Origin: Marinobacter alexandrii
Lineage (GTDB): Bacteria > Pseudomonadota > Gammaproteobacteria > Pseudomonadales > Oleiphilaceae
DNA length: 40,000 bases
NCBI RefSeq assembly: GCF_005871205.1
Contig: NZ_SWKM01000014.1
Span: forward strand, 1-40,000
Direction of reading: 5' to 3'
How positions within the stretch are numbered: position 1 is the first letter of the stretch; every line of letters begins with the position of its first letter. The notes under the pieces were generated by a model. It saw nothing but the letters and a program-made list of their open reading frames with translations. It did not search any database and was not told the origin of the DNA. Shown in pieces: positions 33,670 through 40,000 of the stretch. The translations under genes and the position numbers were made by a program.

Positions 33670-34508
33670 ACCTCAAACTGGCTAAAAAGCTGCTCGCCAA
33701 GGTCGCTTTCCTGATTCTGCTGGCGGCGATCCTGATCTTCACGGTGTTCCCGTTCTACTACGCGATTCTGACCTCGTTCGAGAGCGGTTCGGACCTGTTC
33801 ACGGTGGAGTACTGGTTCAGTTCGTTTGATCTGGCCAACTACAAGTCAGTTTTGGGCGAAGCTTCGTTTGTCACGAGCATCTGGAACTCCATTCTGGTGG
33901 CGTCCTCCACGGTGGTCATTGCCATGGCGTTCGGCCTGACCGCGGCCTACGCCCTTGGCCGGGTGAAGTTCCGCGGGCGCGGCGCCGTGCTGATGATTGT
34001 TTTGAGCGTTTCCATGTTCCCTCAGGTGGCGGTGCTTTCGGGCCTGTTCGAGGTGATTCGCGCCATGAACCTGTACAACGATCCGCTGGCCCTGATCTTC
34101 TCCTACACCATTTTTACGCTGCCGTTCACGGTCTGGATCCTGACCACCTTCATGAGGCAACTGCCCAAGGAGCTGGAGGAAGCCGCCATTGTAGACGGTG
34201 CCTCACCACTGACCACCTTGTTCCGGGTGTTCATCCCGTTAATGTGGCCGGCCATGGCAACCACCGGGTTGCTGGCTTTCATTGCCGCCTGGAACGAGTT
34301 TCTGTTTGCACTCACCTTCACCCTTACCAACAGCGAGCGCACGGTGCCCGTAGCCATTGCCCTGATTACTGGCGGCTCCCAGCACGAATTGCCCTGGGGC
34401 AACCTGATGGCTGCCTCCGTGATTGTGACGGTGCCACTGGTGGTACTGGTGTTGATCTTCCAACGTCGTATCGTATCCGGCCTTACGGCGGGTGCGGTGA
34501 AAGGTTAA
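33666..34508 (+). CDS. aglG: sugar ABC transporter permease (AglG-like)
   Basis: MalG-type permease with EAA loop ELEEAAIVDGASPLTTLFRVFIPL. The start overlaps the upstream stop. Confidence 0.8.
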   Translation: MNLKLAKKLLAKVAFLILLAAILIFTVFPFYYAILTSFESGSDLFTVEYWFSSFDLANYKSVLGEASFVTSIWNSILVASSTVVIAMAFGLTAAYALGRVKFRGRGAVLMIVLSVSMFPQVAVLSGLFEVIRAMNLYNDPLALIFSYTIFTLPFTVWILTTFMRQLPKELEEAAIVDGASPLTTLFRVFIPLMWPAMATTGLLAFIAAWNEFLFALTFTLTNSERTVPVAIALITGGSQHELPWGNLMAASVIVTVPLVVLVLIFQRRIVSGLTAGAVKG

Positions 34509-34523
34509 TTAAGGAGTTACTGT

Positions 34524-36143
34524 ATGACCCATTCTCTGCCCTGGTGGAAAGGTGGCATTATCTACCAGATCTATCCCCGCAGCTTTCTCGACAGTACTGG
34601 GGATGGCATCGGTGACCTGAGAGGCGTTACCCAGAAGTTGTCCTATGTCGCCTCGCTTGGGGTGGACGCGATCTGGCTATCGCCATTTTTCACTTCACCG
34701 ATGAAAGACTTCGGGTACGACGTTTCCGATTACCGGGGCGTGGATCCGACGTTCGGAACCATGGATGACTATCGTGCACTGGTAGCGGAAGCGCATCGTC
34801 TGGGGCTGAAGGTGATCATTGATCAGGTTCTCAGCCACACCGCGGAAAGCCATCCTTGGTTCGAGGAAAGCCGCGCCAGTCGTGACAACCCAAAAGCCGA
34901 TTGGTTTGTCTGGGCCGATCCGAAACCGGATGGCACTCCACCGAACAACTGGCTTTCGATTTTCGGTGGCAGCGCCTGGGCTTGGGACAGCCGTCGGGGG
35001 CAGTATTACCTGCACAACTTCCTGACCAGTCAGCCTGATCTGAATTTCCATAATCCGGAAGTGCGCCAGGCGCAGTTGGACAACATGCGCTTCTGGCTGG
35101 AGCTGGGCGCCGATGGCTTCCGTCTGGACACCGTGAATTTCTACTACCACAGCCAGGGGCTCGAGGATAATCCGCCCGTTCCGGTAGGGGAGAACAAGAC
35201 TTTCGTGGCCAATGGTGTGAATCCTTACACCTACCAGCGCCACGTGTACGATCTTAGCCAGCCGGAAAACCTGGCCTTCCTGGAGGACCTGCGGGCCCTG
35301 ATGGATGAGTTTCCGGATTCCACCCTGGTCGGTGAAATCGGTGACGACAAACCGCTTGAGCGAATGGCCGAGTACACCCATGGCGATCAGCGATTGCACA
35401 TGGCCTATTCGTTCGACCTGCTGTCGGACCGGCAGGGGCCGGACTGGGTCCGGGATGTGGTCCGCCGGTTCCAGGATGGCCTTGGTGATGGCTGGCCCTG
35501 CTGGGCTTTGAGTAACCACGATGTAGTGCGGGTGGTATCACGATGGGGTGAAGGCGTGGATGACCCTCAAGCTCATGCCCGGGTGCTCATGGCCTTGCTG
35601 CTGAGCCTGCGCGGCAGTGTCTCGCTGTATCAGGGCGAGGAGCTGGGGCTGCCTGAGGCCGAAGTGCCGTTTGAGGCCCTGCAGGACCCATACGGCATCG
35701 AGTTCTGGCCAGAGTTCAAGGGCCGGGACGGTTGTCGCACGCCCATGCCCTGGACCGCCGATGAACATGGCGGATTTACCGCCGGCAACAGCCCCTGGTT
35801 GCCGTTGGATCGTCGACATCTGGAAATGTCGGTACAGATCCAGGAAGACGATTCCGAATCTACCCTGAATCAGGTTCGCCGTTTGATTCGTTGGCGTCAG
35901 CAGCAGCCAGCACTGATCCGGGGTGATCTGAGCCTGATTGAGGACACGGGTGAAGCTCTGTGCTGGGTTCGCCGCAGTGGCGATCAGGCCATTCTGGTGG
36001 CGCTGAACCTGACCGGAAAACCGCTGCGGCTGCCCGCACCCTGTGACGTAAAGCGAGTGTTCTCCGAACCGGGTTTCGCCGGCCGTATTGACGAGGGCGA
36101 ACTGGTATTACCGCCGTATCAGGCGTTGTTCGCGGAACTGTAA
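34524..36143 (+). CDS. aglA: GH13 alpha-glucosidase (AglA / oligo-1,6-glucosidase-like)
   Basis: WWKGGIIYQIYPRSFLDSTGDGIGDLRG, GVDAIWLSPFF, DGFRLD and GEIGD are conserved GH13 regions. Confidence 0.9.
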   Translation: MTHSLPWWKGGIIYQIYPRSFLDSTGDGIGDLRGVTQKLSYVASLGVDAIWLSPFFTSPMKDFGYDVSDYRGVDPTFGTMDDYRALVAEAHRLGLKVIIDQVLSHTAESHPWFEESRASRDNPKADWFVWADPKPDGTPPNNWLSIFGGSAWAWDSRRGQYYLHNFLTSQPDLNFHNPEVRQAQLDNMRFWLELGADGFRLDTVNFYYHSQGLEDNPPVPVGENKTFVANGVNPYTYQRHVYDLSQPENLAFLEDLRALMDEFPDSTLVGEIGDDKPLERMAEYTHGDQRLHMAYSFDLLSDRQGPDWVRDVVRRFQDGLGDGWPCWALSNHDVVRVVSRWGEGVDDPQAHARVLMALLLSLRGSVSLYQGEELGLPEAEVPFEALQDPYGIEFWPEFKGRDGCRTPMPWTADEHGGFTAGNSPWLPLDRRHLEMSVQIQEDDSESTLNQVRRLIRWRQQQPALIRGDLSLIEDTGEALCWVRRSGDQAILVALNLTGKPLRLPAPCDVKRVFSEPGFAGRIDEGELVLPPYQALFAEL

Positions 36144-36152
36144 ATCCTTCGA

Positions 36153-36173
36153 GCGCCCGGGTTGGCCGGGCGC
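36153..36173 (+). other. GC-rich intercistronic stem-loop
   Basis: GCGCCCGG-GTTGG-CCGGGCGC has an 8-bp perfect stem and no T tract. It lies between aglA and the ATPase gene. Confidence 0.5.
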
Positions 36174-36193
36174 CCAACAGAGGAGTCCCCACC

Positions 36194-37336
36194 ATGGCGT
36201 GTGTGGAACTGAAAAAAATCAACAAAACCTTTGGTGGAGTAGAAGTTCTGCCGGGCGTAGACCTGCGAATTGAAGATGGTGAATTCGTAGTGTTTGTCGG
36301 TCCGTCGGGCTGCGGTAAGTCCACCCTGTTGCGCCTGATTGCCGGCCTGGAAGACCCCACCGCCGGTGACATTGATATCGATGGCGAGGTGGTAACAGAC
36401 CTCTCGCCGAAAGAGCGGGGCGTGGGCATGGTTTTCCAGTCCTATGCGCTTTATCCGCACATGTCGGTGTATGAGAACATCGCTTTCGGCTTGAAGCTGG
36501 GCAAGGCTAAAAAGGAAAAGATTCGGGAGTGGGTGGAAAAAACAGCGGAAGTGCTGCAGCTGGATAAGCTGATGGACCGCAAGCCCCGGGAACTGTCCGG
36601 TGGTCAGCGCCAGCGGGTGGCGATTGGCCGTGCCATGGCCCGAGAGCCGAAGATCATGCTCTTCGACGAGCCGCTTTCGAACCTGGATGCCAGCCTGCGG
36701 GTTCAGATGCGTACGGAGATCGCCAAGCTTCATGATCGCCTGCAATCAACCATGATTTACGTCACTCACGACCAGGTTGAAGCTATGACCCTGGCGGACA
36801 AGATCGTGGTGCTGAATCGCGGCAACGTCGAGCAGGTGGGCACCCCCTATGAGCTCTACGAAACTCCGGCCAGCCTGTTTGTAGCCGGTTTTATCGGTTC
36901 GCCTAAGATGAACCTGATGCCCGGTAAAGTCATCGGTTCCACCGGTGGTGCCACCACCAGAGTGGCCATTGATGGCCTGGGCCAGGTGACAGCCGACCGG
37001 GATACCTCTGCGCTGGAGACTGGCGACGACGTGACCGTGGGTATCAGGCCTGAACATTTTCAGCTCAGCCTGGGCGGACAGGACACCGGCCTTGAGGTGG
37101 TCAATGTGGAATACCTGGGAAATGAGGCTTATGTTTATGCAGCACTGCCCGGCATGGATGAACTGATGGTTGTGCGCCAGCCGGTTCCCTGCGAAGTTAA
37201 GCCAGGTCAGCGTGTAACATTAACCACTGAGCCGGCTTGTGTGCATCTGTTTGATAGCCAGGGCTTGGCCCTGGGGAGCAAAGCCGAGCGGGTAGCAGGC
37301 GATGATGCCGAGCAGGCCGCCGTTCGGAGAGCCTGA
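36194..37336 (+). CDS. aglK: sugar ABC transporter ATP-binding protein (MalK/AglK-like)
   Basis: Walker A GPSGCGKST, LSGGQRQR, Walker B IMLFDEP, and a MalK-type C-terminal regulatory domain. Confidence 0.9.
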   Translation: MACVELKKINKTFGGVEVLPGVDLRIEDGEFVVFVGPSGCGKSTLLRLIAGLEDPTAGDIDIDGEVVTDLSPKERGVGMVFQSYALYPHMSVYENIAFGLKLGKAKKEKIREWVEKTAEVLQLDKLMDRKPRELSGGQRQRVAIGRAMAREPKIMLFDEPLSNLDASLRVQMRTEIAKLHDRLQSTMIYVTHDQVEAMTLADKIVVLNRGNVEQVGTPYELYETPASLFVAGFIGSPKMNLMPGKVIGSTGGATTRVAIDGLGQVTADRDTSALETGDDVTVGIRPEHFQLSLGGQDTGLEVVNVEYLGNEAYVYAALPGMDELMVVRQPVPCEVKPGQRVTLTTEPACVHLFDSQGLALGSKAERVAGDDAEQAAVRRA

Positions 37337-37349
37337 TGGAGAAACCGGC

Positions 37350-38405
37350 ATGAACGTCAGCGACAAGCCAAAACGCCTGACGGTGAAACGGATGGCGGAG
37401 ATGCTCAACGTCTCCACTGCCACTATTTCTAACGCCTTCAATCGGCCTGACCAGTTGTCGGAGGCCCGTCGCCGTTGGATTCTGGAAGAATGCCGGCGCC
37501 TTGGTTACATGGGGCCGAATGCCGCGGCCCGAAGCCTGCGCACGGGCAGGACGGGCAACGTCGGTGTGATGCTGGCTGATAACCTGGCCTACAGTCTGAC
37601 CGATCCTGTAGCCAGCGAATTCCTGCACGGCCTGGCTGAGGTGTTTGACCGACGGAAGATGAATATGCTGCTGCTGTCGTCGCAGGATGACGACGAGGAT
37701 CGCAGCCGGTTGCAGGAATCGATGGTGGACGGATTCATCATCTATGGTTGGCTCAAGAAGGGGCGCACCTACGACCGACTGTTGCAGCATGGAAAGACCA
37801 TGGTTGCCGTGGACTTTGATCTGGAAGGCTGCACCTGGGTGAACATCGACAACTATGAGGGAGCCCGGCATAGCGCTGAGCACGCGCTTAAACAGTCGCC
37901 GAATAACGTGGCGATCCTTGGACTTCGGCTGGTGGACACTGATCGGGTTTGCCGGGTTCGTGACCGGGAACTCTTCAACGAAGCCAGGGCAATTTCGGTA
38001 CGCCGGCTGCATGGTTACACTGACGCGCTGGAGGCTGCTGGTTATCGGGTGTCGCCAGATCGCATCTGGTCCACACCCACCAATACCCATCAGGATGCCT
38101 ATCAGGCCGCACGGGAAGCGCTAACTTCCAGCCCAAGACCTGACCTGCTCTTGTGCATGAGTGATCGCATTGCCCTGGCGGCTATCCAGGCCGCCCTGCA
38201 AATGGGGCTGAAGGTACCAGAAGACCTTCGCATTGTCGGCTTTGACGGTATTCCCGAGGGCGCCAACCTGCACCCTTCGTTAACCACCGTTTACCAGCAA
38301 AGCGCTGAAAAGGGCCGTATTGCTGCTCGGTTGTTCCTCGGTGAACAGGAAGATCGCAACGTGTTGCTGCCAACTTGCCTGCAAGTCCGGGAGAGTTGTC
38401 CCTGA
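37350..38405 (+). CDS. LacI-family transcriptional regulator
   Basis: N-terminal HTH VKRMAEMLNVSTATISNAFNRP and a periplasmic-binding-like core. GGAGA precedes ATG 37350. Confidence 0.85.
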   Translation: MNVSDKPKRLTVKRMAEMLNVSTATISNAFNRPDQLSEARRRWILEECRRLGYMGPNAAARSLRTGRTGNVGVMLADNLAYSLTDPVASEFLHGLAEVFDRRKMNMLLLSSQDDDEDRSRLQESMVDGFIIYGWLKKGRTYDRLLQHGKTMVAVDFDLEGCTWVNIDNYEGARHSAEHALKQSPNNVAILGLRLVDTDRVCRVRDRELFNEARAISVRRLHGYTDALEAAGYRVSPDRIWSTPTNTHQDAYQAAREALTSSPRPDLLLCMSDRIALAAIQAALQMGLKVPEDLRIVGFDGIPEGANLHPSLTTVYQQSAEKGRIAARLFLGEQEDRNVLLPTCLQVRESCP

Positions 38406-38452
38406 CCGGTCTATTATGATGTGACAGAACCTTGATCGTCGGGAAAGGAATC

Positions 38453-38857
38453 ATGAAGCCAAAGATCAGCATAGTCACACTGGGTGTTGATGACCTGGAC
38501 CGAGCCACCCGTTTTTACGGCGAAGGGCTCGGCCTGCCACGGCATGAGTTCGAAGGTGGTGGAATCTCCTTTTTCAGCCTGGAAGGAACCTGGCTGGCTC
38601 TGTATCCGCGAGAGGAGCTGGCCAAGGACATTGGATTGCCAGTTCCTGTTGAGGTTGGATTCTCCGGAATTACGCTGGCCCATAATGTCGCCAGCAAGTC
38701 AGACGTTGATGCCGTGCTACAGCAGGCGATTGCGGCGGGCGCGACTCTGATCAAGCCGGCGCAAGAGGTATTCTGGGGTGGGTATTCCGGGTATTTTCAG
38801 GATACCGAAGGGCACTACTGGGAAGTGGCGTACAATCCCTATCAGGACCTGACGTGA
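38453..38857 (+). CDS. VOC (glyoxalase/bleomycin resistance) family protein
   Basis: ISIVTLGVDDLDRATRFYGEGLGL...DTEGHYWEVAYNP is typical of VOC proteins. Confidence 0.75.
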   Translation: MKPKISIVTLGVDDLDRATRFYGEGLGLPRHEFEGGGISFFSLEGTWLALYPREELAKDIGLPVPVEVGFSGITLAHNVASKSDVDAVLQQAIAAGATLIKPAQEVFWGGYSGYFQDTEGHYWEVAYNPYQDLT

Positions 38858-38923
38858 ATTCTGGTTTGAACCTCGTTAGGCTGACGCCAACCCAATAAAA
38901 CCCGGTAGAAAGGCATCCTCAGA

Positions 38924-39568
38924 ATGTATGTGCCCAAGCACTTTAAGGAAGATGGCCCAGAGACGCTGCATCGCTATATCCGCGATTACAGCTTTGGCTT
39001 GTTTGTGATTGCCGACGAAAATGGCATCGAGGCGAATCACGTCCCATTCCATTTGCAGGTGGAGCCAGACGGCTCACTCGGTACCTTGCAGTGTCATTTG
39101 GCGCGAACCAATCCGGTGTGGCAGCGCATAGAGAAGGGCAGTTCTGTATTGGCTATTTTTCAGGGGCCGGACGCCTATGTGTCCCCCTCCTGGTATGCCT
39201 CCAAGGCCGAAACCGGCCGGGTAGTGCCAACCTGGAATTATCTCGCGGTGCATGCCAAGGGCACAGCTCGGGTGGTGCAGGACCCAAGCTGGCTCAAAGA
39301 GCACCTCCACAAGCTCACTGACCAACACGAACGCGATCGTGCGCAGCCCTGGTCCGTGGACGATGCCCCGGAGGAATACACTGAGCGCCTGATGCAGGGA
39401 ATTGTGGGTATTGAGATCTGCATTGAAGAACTGACCGGGAAGCTTAAGGCCAGCCAAAACCAGCCCGAACGCAATCGAGCTGGCGTTAAAGCCGGCCTCA
39501 AGGCCGAAGGCGTTACGCACGCCGAAGCCATGGCTGACTTGATCAGCGAGCCGGATACCAAGGAATGA
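38924..39568 (+). CDS. paiB: FMN-binding negative transcriptional regulator (PaiB family)
   Basis: MYVPKHFKE...VPTWNYLAVHAKG...KLSQNQ-like pattern, as in PaiB proteins. Confidence 0.75.
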   Translation: MYVPKHFKEDGPETLHRYIRDYSFGLFVIADENGIEANHVPFHLQVEPDGSLGTLQCHLARTNPVWQRIEKGSSVLAIFQGPDAYVSPSWYASKAETGRVVPTWNYLAVHAKGTARVVQDPSWLKEHLHKLTDQHERDRAQPWSVDDAPEEYTERLMQGIVGIEICIEELTGKLKASQNQPERNRAGVKAGLKAEGVTHAEAMADLISEPDTKE

Positions 39569-39747
39569 TGGCCGGCTTCGTCCGGTAACGTTTCTGCAGT
39601 CTCGGTTGAAGATTTAATTATGGGGTGAATAAGGATATGGGCATCGTTGGTGTACTGGTGGCATTGCTTCATACATGGATCGGTGTCGACAGCTTCGGTT
39701 TGTCCCTGGGTCTGGGGCTTTGAGAAGATCTGCAAGGATCGGTGCGC

Positions 39748-40000
39748 ATGAAGAAGGTAATGATAGTAACCGGCGGCAGCCGCGGAATTGGCGCCGTGAC
39801 AGCAAAGCTCGCGGCGTCGCGCGGCTATCAGGTCTGTGTGGATTTTCACAAGAACGAGGCTGCGGCCAATCAGGTTGTTGATGACATTACGGCAGCCGGA
39901 GGAGCTGCGATTGCGGTTCAGGCAGATGTGTCAGATGAATCGGATGTAAAGCGCCTGTTCAGCTCCGTCGACGAGGAGCTGGGGCCGATCACCGCACTGG
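39748..40000 (+). CDS. short-chain dehydrogenase/reductase (SDR), 5' part, runs off the window
   Basis: MKKVMIVTGGSRGIGAVTA is a Rossmann TGxxxGIG motif. Confidence 0.8.
   Translation, partial: MKKVMIVTGGSRGIGAVTAKLAASRGYQVCVDFHKNEAAANQVVDDITAAGGAAIAVQADVSDESDVKRLFSSVDEELGPITAL

Noticed and set aside
36153-36173. GC-rich hairpin after aglA as a Rho-independent terminator
   Set aside because: No T tract follows, and the ATPase gene of the same transporter lies immediately downstream. It is kept only as an intercistronic stem-loop.

Overview
The window has two parts. Positions 1 to about 16480 are the distal part of a chromosomal integron gene-cassette array. I count about 23 cassettes, each ending in an attC site that runs from an RYYYAAC box to a GCGTTRRRY core. 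The integrase and attI are not in the window and should lie upstream of position 1. Cassettes carry mostly small hypothetical or membrane proteins. Recognisable ones are a GNAT acetyltransferase, a GFA-family protein, DUF2834, DUF1059 and DUF4238 proteins, a HEPN-like protein, and three toxin-antitoxin modules (higBA, yefM-yoeB, ccdAB). Two mobile elements interrupt attC cores: an IS1182-family IS (5034-6864) and a class-C-like group II intron (11651-13520). The most unusual feature is a family of four ORF-less cassettes (676-964, 1302-1590, 3722-3986, and a truncated copy at 16333-~16480). Their roughly 215 bp body is conserved but not as a reading frame, and it shows hairpins with GNRA loops and a compensatory change, so I propose a cassette-borne structured RNA. 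From 16.5 kb onward the sequence looks like ordinary chromosome. It carries an orphan histidine kinase, rlmF, a RidA-family gene, a GST-like gene, an M14-like peptidase, ynfA, a yehZYXW-type osmoprotectant ABC transporter, an agl-like alpha-glucoside operon with a LamB-type porin and LacI regulator, VOC, PaiB and SDR genes. However, 21.2-25.8 kb still holds one well-formed attC and several decayed attC-like elements. It also holds a diverged copy of a cassette gene that keeps its cassette 5' boundary, so the array appears to continue in decayed form beyond a 4.7 kb housekeeping block. All calls come from reading the sequence and from remembered family signatures. No searches were run. The taxon is unknown; a Marinobacter-like marine gammaproteobacterium is only a guess.
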